This document shows, piece after piece, positions 26,841-39,944 of a stretch of DNA of 64,000 bases. The DNA is from Perkinsus olseni (taxonomy: Eukaryota). Location: contig JABANN010000068.1 in assembly GCA_013115125.1 (NCBI GenBank), forward strand, positions 1-64,000, written 5' to 3'. The notes below the pieces were generated by a model that had not been told where the DNA came from, ran no database searches, and saw nothing but the letters and a program-made list of their open reading frames with translations. The stretch's first letter is position 1, and each line of letters starts with the position of its first letter. The translations under genes were made by a program, and so were the position numbers.

Positions 26841-27729
26841 TTATGTGGCTACAAGACGAGTTTTCCTACGTGCTGAGCAAGCTTTCGGTCGAGTTGCCCT
26901 CTGACTCACGCCGCGGTGATGATGGAGTACATCGTATTGTGGAATTGCTCGAATGCCCTTGAACGCAACAGATGCTAATTTCTCACGCACATCGGCACAA
27001 CTGTAGTGATACAACATGATTATCTGTCCGGTAATATCGGACATCTTCCATCAAGACTTCATCATCCATCAATGTAATGGCAAAGACTTGATAAACAGCA
27101 ACGTTAGAAAGAGAATAGGAAGCATGCCAAAGTGATAAATATGACCACTCGAGAGCGATAGTGACGAACTTAATGACCAACTCCGAATCACGATGATGGC
27201 AATAAAGGTAGAGAGCTCGAAAACGGTAGGCTCTCCGGTACAGACGAATTCAACTCTCACCGTCGATAAGAGTCACTTACCGACCTAAGGACGGTCATTA
27301 CGCCGGAAGTAATGGCCATCAGATTTCATGGCATGCTCGACGGCTTCGTCGCGCATTCGATTCCACTCAGCCTTGAGTGATTGCCAACTCATTTCCGACT
27401 CGATTTCTTGACTCCGTCAAGAAGTTTACTCTGTACAAAGCGGCAATCCTTGTAAACTCTCGAAAGTTGGCAGGGTTATATCCAGGCATACCAGTAACTT
27501 TATCTACGATGTGGCGGATCTCGGGCTCTCGCAAATACTCAAGAGGAACTGGATCGTCGCCGCTCACTTGCTGCCCCCGGAACAGCCCTATGTTGCTATC
27601 CTTAGCTATCATCGATGGACTTACTTCGCGATGGGGCTGGGGTGTCGGTGCGCCAGCTGCATTGCCGAAAGGCAAGTAGGAAATCAACGCAGCGATGAGC
27701 GATGTTGCGATGAGAAGACGAACCGACAT
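26841..27729 (-). CDS. Hypothetical secreted protein (possibly spliced or degenerate)
   Basis: MSVRLLIATSLIAALISYLPFGNA is signal-peptide-like; 120-codon first ORF; downstream structure uncertain. Confidence 0.4.
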
Positions 27730-28890
27730 TTGATACTGTAGATTGGCTTGCGCCTCGAGGAAAAACCCTGACAGACGGCCGCACGACGCGTACTGGAGGC
27801 CACTCGGACGGCGAGCGCGGCTTATCACACCACGCTTAGATGGTGATGTGACGTGACACAGAAATTGTGCTACGGTCCCGCCTTAAAATCGGTGGGAACT
27901 GTTGGTTCGAGCAGGAAGTTCTCGCTCGCCGCTCCGTCAGATGGAGTTTGGTTAGAACCGTGCTGCTCCGACAGTAGCGATTTGGGAGATTAGAAGCCTT
28001 GCTCGAGGGGTCCGTATCCCTCGTGAGCTTGGGAGCTTGACATAGTTGGAAATGGAGTGAATGGGGTTATACAAATACCGGTAGTTCGTCGACTTAGCCA
28101 TGCATTTCTTATTAGCGCTCAATAAATAATTGCGCGTTTCCACAGGATGAGCGAGATGCGCTCAGCGAAGCGGCGTGAATTATCACAGAGGATCATCATG
28201 CGACCAAAGGCCTGGAATTGTGCGCCTGCCATGAGTATGAGTCTTATAGACACCACCTTTGTACCTTTGTACTGAGGGACACGAGGAGTGTATGGTGGGT
28301 TCGGCCTCCGTGTAAATTACCGGTGCACTATCTCGTTGCAGTAGATGTAGTTGTAGAACACAACATAAATAGATTGGGCTCATAGTGAACGAGGCAGGGC
28401 AGATAGTAAGTGGAATAGTTGAGAGAATGGAGTGATAATGCGAGGCTAGTATGAGCAGCACAGCTCCATTGTGTTATGTAGACAGTGAACCGGGCCTTGA
28501 TGCTACTAAAGTGGCAGCACTCGCCCTCCGTCTACTGTTCACGTCATCATGTTTCGAGGTGAGTTCCGGTACTGTGTCAAGTGGTACAGGTGGTTTGTCG
28601 TACAGCATCAATCTGGGACTCAACTCAACCCTACAGGAACCGTTTCGTTCGTACAGGTGCAACTCGTAAGGGCTCATTGTTTTTGCCCCGAAGGGAGTCG
28701 TATGATTCCGATTCGGAAATTCCGGAAATTCACACTCAAGTGCTCAAACAGTACAGTATACTCTTCGGAATTTCCGAAGATTATACTCTTTGAACACCGC
28801 AATCGAATATAGTTCAACGTCCATCATTTTCACCATATCACGGTGAATAGCACCTGTCGGTCAACTGTTTTACCAGTTGTTGTTGCCGTA

Positions 28891-31800
28891 ATGCCTCGAA
28901 GTCGGCCCGGCAGCGGCAGCGGCGGTTCTCCAATACGAGGCCTGGCGGTCTCACTAATAATACTCATGATACTGGTCCTTCTTTGCGTTATGATCAACAC
29001 GTGAGGTCTCTTCTACTCGCGGTGACACGGTAATCACAGATCATCCTCAGCTTCTACGTTCATACAACCACTAGTGTCAGACTGAGGCGTTTAGAAGATG
29101 TAAGGCAGCACGGGAGAGCACATTAAGGAAAGAGACTGGAATTAAGTTTTATTGATAAGAGCTGTGTCACGAAAGTCGCATCATTCGAAAGGCTGTATAA
29201 GTGTATGATCTAATGGCCGCGGTCTCACTCAAATACTCACACTTCAAATGCTCCAGTTCAGCTCTTTTTCGAGCACTCGGTTTTCCGTGGCAAGAACTCA
29301 ACTGGGAGGGAGAAAAGCTTTCGTTTCCATCTTCGATACTGACGGCAGGCAGTAGCCTCGTGAGAACGAAAGCAGACAACTTCGATAGAGACGGAGTTGG
29401 CGCTTTCGTTGGTGGGCTTGGCGATGCAGGATATTGTGATGGTTTCATACAACTTCCATATGCTCAGCATATGTTAGTTTTATAAAATCATATTATGCTC
29501 ACCGTGAAGGGATCAAGGTGAAAATCTGATTCAATTTTGGTAAAATTGGACCTGCCTTTTTTGTTAAGTAGAGACTTCTTGTGGAAGCACATGTATACTG
29601 AGGCTTGTTAGGCCGTCGCCGACCTATTAACGAAGTCCGAGGAGCAAAAAAAAGAGATACGAAAAAGTTGGTATTCAATTCACAAAGCACGCCTGCACTG
29701 ATCTGATGGTCAGGTCCTAGCAGCAGCATCTCGCCCTCGGTCAGTTCAACCTCTGAAGAATCTGAGGTTGACGCTGGCATCGAAAAGAAGCGAAGATTCA
29801 TAGCAAGTCCAACCTACTCAGTAAGTTTGCGGGAAGTACCAGCGTGGAGGTGAGGTCTTGTCAGCATCATGTTCGCGGCATCAAGAAATCAATGAAGACT
29901 CAATCGAGAACTCCGATCGACTTAGCGACCTTGGAGGGAAAGACTGACATCGAGCTGAAAAAGATGGGCTTCGGTATCTGAGGTTTATCATGGGTTTTCT
30001 TACACTCTTCGCCACGCCAGGCCTCGACGAACGGTACCTCAACTCGATGCTTCGACGGGTGACGAGTAATGTTGATCGCATTCTTCATGGCATACCTGGC
30101 GAAAAGGTGAGTATGATGATGATGATCTGGGATGGTTGAGGGTAATCGTGGTGACATCATCAACACCAGTTGTGTCCCTCCGACACACACACCGTGACTA
30201 CAGTCATCTCTAGTGGACTGTGGAGGTGAAACAGCTGATGATTGATAGTCACCATATGTTTCTGATTTGTAATAGAATGAGTGATTACGACGATCGATGA
30301 TATTGCAAGTGTAATCCGAATGGCCAATTAGTAAGACTGATTGATCATCAGCAGCCTGTTGACAGGCTGCTGATAGTGTGATAACTGCCAAGGTCGTTGA
30401 CAAAGAGCGCTGATCATCGTGGTGAGCGGCTGCGCCTGTTCGGAAAACCTGAAGGCTGTGATGCCGAGCTGTGATCACCGACGTGATGGTCGTGTTGTTG
30501 TTTTCAGAGGTCCTCATTAGTACTCTTCGCGGACACCTTCTGGGGTCAGCGACAGGAAAATCGGTTGTACGAACCATGTCCAGTACGCTGTGAATACACC
30601 AATGACCGCAGCCGGGCTCCCCGTGGTATGCACGCTTCAACCTTGGATACCTTAGTAGGCCTGTTCTCAGCCGACGGTGTGGTTCATCACATGGTTGACT
30701 TTTATGAGTTCACAGCGGGGGAAAAGCCACCCAATCAGCGCTGGATAGCCCTGCAGATCGAACCAGACAATCTCCACTCAAGAATGAGAGACCGTGAACT
30801 TCTTTCCAATGTAATAATCATTCATCCTTGATGAGGCGGTATTTACTCTCACTGGTCAGTTCGACGCGACCGCCAGTTCCATAATCAACGGTCATTACCC
30901 CGAGGCACAGGACTCTGGTGGGTTGGCTGTTGATTTCTCGTGGTTGCTCGTAGTCACCCTAGGATCATTGAACAGTCGATCATCTTTGTGATAGTGTGAT
31001 CACACAATCCCTCATGTCTCCTAGCGCTAGTAGTACTTGTTCCTAGGATGATAGTTGATATCGTGGGAGTTGTTGTGCAACTGTTGTCCCATAATCCCGA
31101 TGTGATCAGCGCCATCGGAACAGCAGAAGTCTGTGGCCAGACAATGATAGCAGCACTCGAACACAGGGGTCAGCGTATGGTCTACTGGGCTCGTCCTTCC
31201 ACCGTTGGACAGATGAGTTCGGTACCCTTCCCAGAGTGCATTTCCTTCTCAGGCGTATCGAAGCATATTTTGACACCATTACTATCAGATTATTTTTTCG
31301 AGGACCCTTCCTTCTGGAGACCGTCCAAAGTGAGCCGTCATTACCACCACGATGATGATGACCACTTCTTGGTTAAGGTCTCTTTCGAGAAGCGAAGCAA
31401 AAATGCAGTTTATTTGCAGCGAGCGTGCGACTCCCCCACCGGCCGTGCCGAATTCGTAATTCAAATTGAAATTTTCGGTGGTTTATTTTTTCCGCCGCAG
31501 GTTCAGGAGTTGATGAACCATTATCCGGTGGACAGCATGGGCCCTTGTTTACATAACAAAGACGACAACCGAGCGATGGGCGCACCTTCGGACATACTCC
31601 AACAGTGAACCTACTCGTGGAAGACCATGATGATCAGGGAATATCTTTAGGTATCTTTTCTATATTGCGATTGAACCTTATGAGCTTTACTGCTCCGATA
31701 AGATAGCAAGAGCTCAACAGGTAGGAGAAACCTGAGCTCTTCTCGAAGTCTTTTGGTTGAACAGTATAGCAATGGGGACATCCAACTTATACTATAGTGA

Positions 31801-32897
31801 TTAGCATGGAGACTTAGATAACTTAGTCCCTATATTATAGTGCTCACCCAGCACTGCCCAGCTAAGTTTTGATACGGTGAACACAATGGAGACAGATGCT
31901 GCGGCACTTCCCTGGTCCGTTCAAGACGATAATTTCAGGGTGGTGCAATCGTCATCTTCCGTGGTTGCCCGGAGGTCTATTGGACTCTCCCCAATCGCCG
32001 AGCTCTCATTAATGTTGACGATTTTTCGGGCCCGAGCGAGGTTGCACAGTGAGTGCGGCTGCTGCTGCTGCTAGCGACCCTCGTCATTTGCAAGGTTCGA
32101 GGTTAGATACATGAAGGCGGTGGCGGCTAACAAGACACTCTGGTTGGAGCATACCAGTTGGTGGACGTCTCCAGGAGAGATCAAAGAACACTTTATAAGG
32201 TTCTCCAGATTCCAGTAGGTGGGGGGGGGGTATCTTGGGTTGATGCTTGCAAAAGGCGGGCTGGGCTATATTAGATCGCTAATGGCAGCATACTCGGTCG
32301 AAAAGGTAGAGGGTGCACCGAAACCTCACTTGCCGAATCACTGCTGCCTGCAGCGTCGCCGAGAAAATATTTCTACGAAGGTGGCGATTGATGCTTCTGC
32401 CGATCATACCCAATATCTCGTTATTCCACGGTGGGATTGCCACCACAGGGCGATGCCGCACTTCACCTGAATGAGCTAATAGGCGCAGAAGAGTGTTTTT
32501 CACTACAACCAGAATGGACTTGCGAGGGAAACAGCGATCACTCTCGGTCAAAGATTATCCCATTAAACAATACTTCGACGCAATCAGAGTCATGGTGATG
32601 AGTTCCGCTGCATTACTGTCTAAGCCCGACCTCATAGGATTCTCTCCGTGCATCAACCTTAGATACATGCACTCACAGTGTAGAATGTGCATCTTCGCTT
32701 TAACGGGCGAAGACCCTCTGGAGGTATCCTCCGAGGCATGGGACCAGCCACTGGTGCCAGAAGGTGGCCCGCTGAGTGATGAAGAGAAGGGCAAGGTGGG
32801 TGATGGGAAAGGCTGTATGAAAACTATTGACGCTACGATACACTGATAATATGATAATCATAGTTCTCATCAGTTCTACACGATAGTTCTCTCATGA
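28891..32897 (+). CDS. Glycosyltransferase family 10 (alpha-1,3/4-fucosyltransferase-like), multi-exon
   Basis: Type II anchor (LAVSLIILMILVLLCVMI), CPVRCEYTNDRS, ADGVVHH, PPNQRWIALQIEP, VQELMNHYPVDSMGPCLHN, YLFYIAIEP...SDKI, terminal QCRMC. 3' end may extend to ~33.9 kb. Confidence 0.75.
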
Positions 32898-33079
32898 GCA
32901 CTCTTGATGAGAACTACAAAGTTTTCGATTTTCTATTCACTTTTTTTCAACATTATCTGGGACTCATCGTGAGGGTGTCGTTCACCGAGAGCACTGTGTT
33001 GATCGCAGCGAGCTGTGGTCGTAGTGGCATCAACAGGAAGGGAACTGTGCATGACGAGAATTGCGGCGCCGAGGCATCG

Positions 33080-33893
33080 TGGCGATCAACACATCAGGCC
33101 AGACGTGCTTATCATTGAGAAAGATCAGCGATCTCAGGAAGATTCAGGAATTCTGGATCTTTCTCAGATGATGACCAGGCCTTGTATCGAAAACCGTCGC
33201 GACGAAGTGTTTGTCAGGTGTACGAATGGTCGAGTAAGGCGGAATTTCTGAAGACCAAATGGGAGTCCGCAGACTCGAGCGATATGGCACCTGATGATCT
33301 TCCGACTGGCTCGGAGGAACTGCATCTCACTTCGGACCTCCGACCAGTTGATGGGGGCGAGGGACAGCCGGTGTGCAGCTGGAAGAAGGAGGAAAGTCCG
33401 GTGAGAAGAATGCTGCTCGTTGTTTGCGTCACTGCGCCACGAAATTACAGGTTGTTCTGCGTGGAGGCAGTCGAGGTCCGTACGCTCGCTTAAGGATGGC
33501 GCAGCGGAGATGTGAAGAACTTGACTCTGATTGCCTGGGGGTGCAGGCGTATCAAGTTGGTAGGTGGAAAAGTGGAGGGCCCGCGGTTTGAACCGGGGAT
33601 CTATCAGGTACTCATCGCTTCTGGAAGGTCGGTGCAGAAATGACTCAGAGCGACTCGGTTAGCGTCGGCAAAATTCCTGGTCATGAGGTGAGGCTGAAAG
33701 ACGTTCTGCTAGTGGGGAGGTCCCCGGTTCGATCCCTGGCTCCGCTTTTTCTCTTGATATTCCCTAGCACAGGCGCATCACCGCTTTCTTTTGAATCGAT
33801 GCTCATTGTAGGTGTGGCTTAAAGGAGCTTGCCCCACGCCGTCCGCTGCACGCCCGACCGATCAGGACTGTCGATGGCCTCGCCATAACGATA
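33080..33893 (+). CDS. Additional small exons (Cys-containing; either a C-terminal extension of the GT10 gene or a separate gene)
   Basis: GT-AG-bounded segments encoding VYEWSSKAEFLK, AQRRCEELDSDCLGV and VWLKGACP. Confidence 0.35.
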
Positions 33894-34489
33894 GGTGCGA
33901 ACCACCTTATAACTCTGGCGATTAGTCTTTTTCCTGGCAGTTTCTTAGAAGACCTAGTAGAGCCTGAAGGAGGTTCGTACTCGTCTCTGGAAGGTGAGTT
34001 CATAACCTCGCCTCGCCACTGATCACCGTGTTGGTTCAGAGGCGAAGCGCAGATGTACGGCCCTTGGCGTCCGTTGCCGTGGTATTACTCATAACCCTAG
34101 GGAGTTCCCTGCCGTTTATTCATTACGGAGGTGGGTCATCGCGGCTTCGCTCCGCTGTGAGAAGAGCACTTTTTTGCAGTGGACAGCAATTGCAGCGTTC
34201 TCCGCAGGGAGAAATATCTTTTATCAAACCCTCGTGCGCTGCTGCAAAGTCATGATCATACCCGAGCAGTGCCCGGAGTGTTCAGCCGATATGGTGCTGA
34301 CGAGTTGCGTTTGGTGTGGCACGATGCAGTTCATGACGAGTAATTGCCCTTAACGTTAGGTTAGCATTCATTATGTGCAGACCCTTCTGTGGCACCTGTG
34401 GAAGACCTCCTTTTTTCTAATACTGACTCCTTCTGGTGTTCAATATGCTGTTGCCTCAACTCTCGAGTTCTCCTCGGACCTCTCCCAGG

Positions 34490-37087
34490 ATGGTCCGTTC
34501 CAGTTCCATCTCGGTCGGCAGGGGTGCTGAAATCCAGGCGGCGGCGCATTATGTGAATGTGTGTCGGTACGTCCGCAAGGCCCCCGTGGACCTGTTGTAG
34601 GGCCAATGAGGTCGTAAAGGTCATGTCAGGCGAGCGCCCCGCGTATTACTCGCTCCTTGACCCTGCACCGTCTCAGTGAGCTCAGAGTTGGAAAACGAGG
34701 TTGTGCTGCTCGAACGTGCACAGCATAATTGATAGACGAAGCCGTTGATCAGCATCAGGATAAGTGTCTCCCCTCCTCTCTGATGTTATCCACTTTCGTC
34801 GCTCCGCCCCTGCCCAGTAGAACAGGCAACAGCACAGTGCACCTCACCCTACCACCACCACCACCACCACAGCAAAGCACTCTCCATCAAGTTGGTGATG
34901 GCAATCGTGGGTCAGTCAACAACGAGCTTCTCCTTCGCAACGATCCCGAGTTTGGTGAATTATCAGGCTTTTGGCGGCCCAGCAGAGGCCCACCACCTCC
35001 CAGAGCCGACGTAGTTCCCTCGCCTCCTGCACGCCTTCGAACCTTAACAGTCTTGACGGCTCGTCTCAGAGGTTCGTGTCGCCCACCGCTCGGCCCTCCT
35101 GTTCGGGTGCGCTCGTCCGCTGCTTCGTGTCATCATATAGAAGACAGCATTTGGACGATAAGGATGTTGGGGAATTTTTTCACTGGTCTGCTTAGCCCGC
35201 CGTGATGGCTGATTTGAGAGCGCTGGGCTTACTCGAGCGAGTAACGAGTGACGAGTGTAGAAATATTCCACTCTCACGAAAGTCGACTTCCTTCCACTTC
35301 CTAGAATGATAATAATAATTGTAGAAGCAAACTCCAGGGTTCAGTCTTCGGATCATCGCTGATCAGGCTGATCGCTACAGTGATACTGATTGATCAGGCT
35401 TGGTTGTCTCCCTAGAGGGCTGCCAGCCGAGAGGGATAGTCTTCGAGAATCTTCGGCGCACCGCGAAGAATTTGACTGGACCACTGTAGGATGTTGATGA
35501 GCATTTGTTATTCGACAGCCCCATTGTATGGATCAGGTATGTGAACAATCCTTGCATGCCTTTAAGTCGATGGCACAGGTGAGGAGGCCCTGCCCGTTTC
35601 TGACTCGTCCGAACCTTTTCTCCGTTTCTAGTTGCGGTTGTGTCGAGAGGAAGATGACGAGATTAGAAATAATAAAGATTGGCCATACCTGTGAGCGGAG
35701 CGAAGCTCGAGAAATTAATCTAATCGCTGTATGGAGATCAGGCCCCCGGCTGAGGATCCCCAACGCCCCACTCTGTGCTTGGATGTTGACGACACCCTCA
35801 CGCTCATGTCCTACGAGTTTCTATACCAATCAGGTGACCTCCCTAGGACGCGGCCAGGCCATGACTGGACTGCGTTGATGAAGCGGTGCGGTTCGCTTCG
35901 AAATACCCTCCTCCTGCTCTCGTGGCGGAGCTCGGCCCTTCTGAAGGCCTCTGCGTAGCTCTGTCGATCATCATGACCGGTCCCTTGACTGGGCTGATGG
36001 TTTGGAATGACCTCGAAACTTCCAGTGACTGCAGCGTCGAGAAAGTGCTTAGTCTCATCCAGCGCCATCCCACTCGTAGCATGCTGCTGGCAGACGTGCG
36101 ATCTTCGGCTGTTGTCTAAGGGCTTATAATAGGTCTGGAACCGGAGGCAGAGGGAACAGCTGAGCAACACTTCATGAGGGTTTATGCCGATCCGACAGAC
36201 AAGGAGAACTCCGAATCAGTCAGTGATGTGCCATCTCATCTGATCTGATGATTCTCCCCAGGCATACATATTCCTTCGCCCCTGGGTGAGGATGTACCTT
36301 GCCTACTGGGCCAGCAAGTTCGAGATAGTCATCTTCACGGCTGGCTGCAAGAGCTACGGTGATAAGACGACACTCCTGACTGACGAGACATCTGCTGTCA
36401 GCTGACCAAGTTGTGGACTTCCTCGATCCCCATGGGGTGTTGGTGTCTCACAGACTTTATCGCCAACACTGCACGGTACGCTCCAACGGCTCGTTTTGCC
36501 TGAAGCCATTCCACGCAGGAGTTCTTCGACCATGAAAGAGAGTCGACAATTCTCGTGAAGGACCTCAAGTGCCTCGGGAGAGATCTCAATCGCACCATCC
36601 TATTGGACAATAATCTGTAGTCTTCTGCGCCGCTGACAACAATGACCCCGCACCGGTCAGATGCTGCTTCGCCTTCCACCTCGATAATGGCATTCCCATC
36701 AAAAAGTGAGACTTGCAGCACAGTTGCGTCCTCGACAAGGGGGGGGGGGCTGTAGTTACCTCGGGGACTACCGCGATCGAGAACTGAGTAGAGTGAATAG
36801 CATTCTGGATGCGGCCCTCTTAGCCATCGACCTCACAGGAAGTGTACAACCGCTACTTCGACGCCTGTGGGTGGTCTCGTGAGTGGCTAGAGCCTGGAGC
36901 TGATGTGAACAGGTTTAAGATTCATCCGGCGTATAGGGATTATGTTCGACAACATGATGATGACGATGAAGAAGCCAGTGGCGGTGACGGAGATGGAGCT
37001 ACTCAGTCGGGTGCAAGTGAAGTATCTTCGCCCGTAAGGACTCCAGAAACTGCAGTGAAGGAAGGTGAGGAGCTCTCACGGAGTTAA
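34490..37087 (+). CDS. NIF/FCP1-SCP family (CTD small phosphatase-like) HAD phosphatase, multi-exon
   Basis: TLCLDVDDTL (DxDxT), FLRPWV, FEIVIFTAG..SY, ADQVVDFLDP, RLYRQHC, VKDLKCLGRDLNRTILLDN, NGIPIK. Core at 35715-37087; 5' end uncertain. Confidence 0.85.
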
Positions 37088-37140
37088 ATTCGTTTATGCC
37101 GCTGCATGTATGAATTGCGTGCTAAACGAGTTTTTGATAA

Positions 37141-37214
37141 TACTGGAACCGAGAGTCGAACTCGGGACCTATCGCGTGTGAGGCGATCGTCATAACCAAC
37201 TAGACCATTCCAGC
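37141..37214 (-). tRNA. tRNA-Val(CAC): tRNA-Val (anticodon CAC)
   Basis: Full cloverleaf: GCTGGAA/TTCCAGT acceptor, ATCGC-CT CAC AC-GCGAT anticodon arm, CCGAG-TTCGACT-CTCGG T arm. Confidence 0.95.
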
Positions 37215-37284
37215 GGTGAATGTCGGGGCATGTACCAGGTCGTCACCAGCGAGCCTAGTCCTCGTAAATATCAGCAGCCCTGCG

Positions 37285-38370
37285 ATGAGATTCGCTCTCC
37301 ACGACCCTGGGGAATTGTAAAATAAGAGTAAAGTAAGAGCGCGTGCGTCCCTTTTCAGATTCTGTCGCACACGCATCAACACCCTGTCCGTACAGTGTGC
37401 ATCGCCAGCACAACAAGCAGCTCAGTGAGACCGACAGTGAGGTGACAAGACTGCACCCGCATAAACACGCTCGGCATACTTCAAATGGCAGCGGCGTTAT
37501 GCGGGTCATTCACCATACTAAAGGTGGGACGAAAGTTGTCGCGAGCGGGGATCGAACCTGTGCCCAGCAGGAATACCGCAGAGTCTAGAAATGCAAAGCG
37601 AGTCCGGGTCAGAACATTTAGTGTCTCCTGCGGACATCCATCGAGACAATGGCGGGCAAGGAGGCATCGTCTTTGAGGAAAGGGAGGAGGACCCACCGAG
37701 GGATGTCATCATTCTGTACAACCCGAACGAGGTGAGCTCGTCTGATTTTATGGTACCTTTCATGAGGTGCTTGTGTGCGTTCAGACGGACCCGCACTGCT
37801 TCGTGTCTTCCCCATCAGAATCATTGTCATCAGGAATTGTTGGTGTTACAGAAAAGGGGAGTAGATTCTGAGAACGGATGCCGCGCGAACAGGACCGTCA
37901 TCCTGGCAGGTCTCGATGAAGCTCAGCCTTTCAGCTCGGAGGCTGAGAACGATGAGGACCGGATAAGACTCGTGGCAAACCCATTGGGGGCGTGGGGGCA
38001 GACGATCATACCCCGCTGCCCGCAAGCTCTACATCATCAGATACCCGAGATCACTGCCCCCGCCCAAGTCATCTCCGGATCGATCTGTCGTTTCCCTCCC
38101 GGCGCCTTCACCACGCGACGCTCAACCACCGAGGAGGGCATCAGGTGCGTCTTCGATGAATCTTAGTCTACAGGGATCACTTAATGCCAGGTACTTTCGA
38201 GATACCTCGGATGACAGGCTACAATTCTGTCGGTCGTTCAAGCGTCGGCAGCGTGGCTAGTAGCTGCAGCCGATACTCCGTTAACTTATCGACACGGTCC
38301 CTCCTCATGGTGACCTCACCAAACACAAGTGGTCAGTTACCAAGCTACAGTATGATACAACCTAGAGTCT
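37285..38370 (+). CDS. Hypothetical multi-exon protein
   Basis: Open GT-AG-bounded segments, including most of ORF 37591-38166; no recognised domain. Confidence 0.35.
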
Positions 38371-39284
38371 AGCGAGGATGGGAAGTATATGCCCAATTAA
38401 ATGCAGCGGTTACACATGACTCGATTTTCAAAGCAGACTGGCCATTGTGTTGGCTTGCAGTGTTGGGGGTATTAGGCTTCGACTCTGAGCATTCCAACGG
38501 CAGGGGTGTCGTCACGTAGGGCCGTTGGTTAGGAGCTACTCGCCGTAGATGCACCGCCGAGGCAGCGAAGCGTGAGGAGGAACTACATGAGCATCTCCTC
38601 ATCTGTTCACTAGATGAGTGTTGATTGACATGTCTGTGAGCGTTGACCAGCATACTGTGAGCGTCACCGGCTTACCGGTCACATCGGACACCGGCTCTTG
38701 TGATATTAAACTGGTCCGCTATGGCCAATACCTCATCGGATCCGGTGTTGTCCTGAGGGGTGATTTTACCGTCGGCCACGGTCGTATTATAAGGCCCCAA
38801 GATGTTGTACATATGAACGGGACTCGAACACCTCCCGGTTTTGGGTGGTGAAGAAAATGCCGTCATCGATGACGATTATCTGCACTAAGTCCATCAGATC
38901 AGACTTGTATTCGCATTTTTTGTAGAATCCTCGATACAGCTTGACAGGAGAGGATGCGGGAAGGGGTGTGCATCGAGATATAGGAGATATAGAGATGCAA
39001 GGAGATATCCAGCCTTAGCGACAACGAGGGAAGCGAAATACAACAAGTGAAGGCACTGAACACTCCTTCTGCATAATCTGCTTAAACGGTAGCTTTCGAG
39101 CGCCTCTGTCACCCCGTGTTGCAGTTTGAGGGCATGTTCCCCTCAAATCATCACGTGTGAGATGTTGCGGAATATACGGTCAATCCATTACGGTGGGTTT
39201 CTTCCCTGCATTAGCCAGTGAATATGTGTGGTTTCCCAGGCCGAATGAGCTCTTCTGTTTGAGTCTGGGCTTTCATCGCCGCGC

Positions 39285-39531
39285 TGTCAAACTTGGATGG
39301 GTAATTGTCAATCTTGCCCGTGTATTGTCAAACTCCGCTGTGATACCGTCATTCTTGCATGTAATATTCTTGCCCTTGTCAAACTTGGACTCAACATTGA
39401 CATTCTTGGTGTTTACAGTTTCGATGTGGGTCAAACTTGGACTTCATGTTGACATTCTCGGGGGTAACAAATTTGACGTGTCAAACTTGCTTGTGATATT
39501 GTCATTATTGCCTGTTCACTTGTCAAACTTG
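39285..39531. repeat. Array of ~11 TGTCAAACTTG/TGWCATTCTTG motifs with variable spacers
   Basis: Copies at about 39285, 39306, 39326, 39347, 39377, 39398, 39429, 39450, 39478, 39500 and 39521. Confidence 0.8.
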
Positions 39532-39583
39532 CACGGGAAAAGGGTGTAGTTATGGAGCGACTTCGAGATTCGCTGTCTAAACG

Positions 39584-39657
39584 TACTGGAACCGAGAATC
39601 GAACTCGGGACCTATCGCGTGTGAGGCGATCGTCATAACCAACTAGACCATTCCAGC
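39584..39657 (-). tRNA. tRNA-Val(CAC): tRNA-Val (anticodon CAC), second copy
   Basis: Identical to 37141-37214 except one T-loop base. Confidence 0.95.
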
Positions 39658-39944
39658 TGCTAATTAGTAAGTCTGTACGACTAACGCACGCCAGACACCG
39701 CGGAACAAACATTCCAAAAGCGACGCAAACAAGCATCTCGTGTCGCTCGCTTTTCCCGTTTCTGACCTCGCTCCACATACTCTGAGGACTTTGATTTATA
39801 AGACGAGCTGATAGCGAGCCAGCCTAGTACTCAGAATCTCCTAAATCGAGTCCTACGAAAGTCCGCTGTCATCCAAGTACTGTTGAACGAAGCAACGGCT
39901 TTCCTCCGTGAAACATGCTGAATACACCCAAGATGAGAGCGGCT

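Noticed and set aside
29900-30640. 246-aa minus-strand ORF
   Set aside because: Antisense to the fucosyltransferase exons and introns; no motif
39285-39531. CRISPR-like repeat-spacer array
   Set aside because: Repeats are only 11 bp and degenerate, spacers 9-20 bp, no cas genes, eukaryotic context
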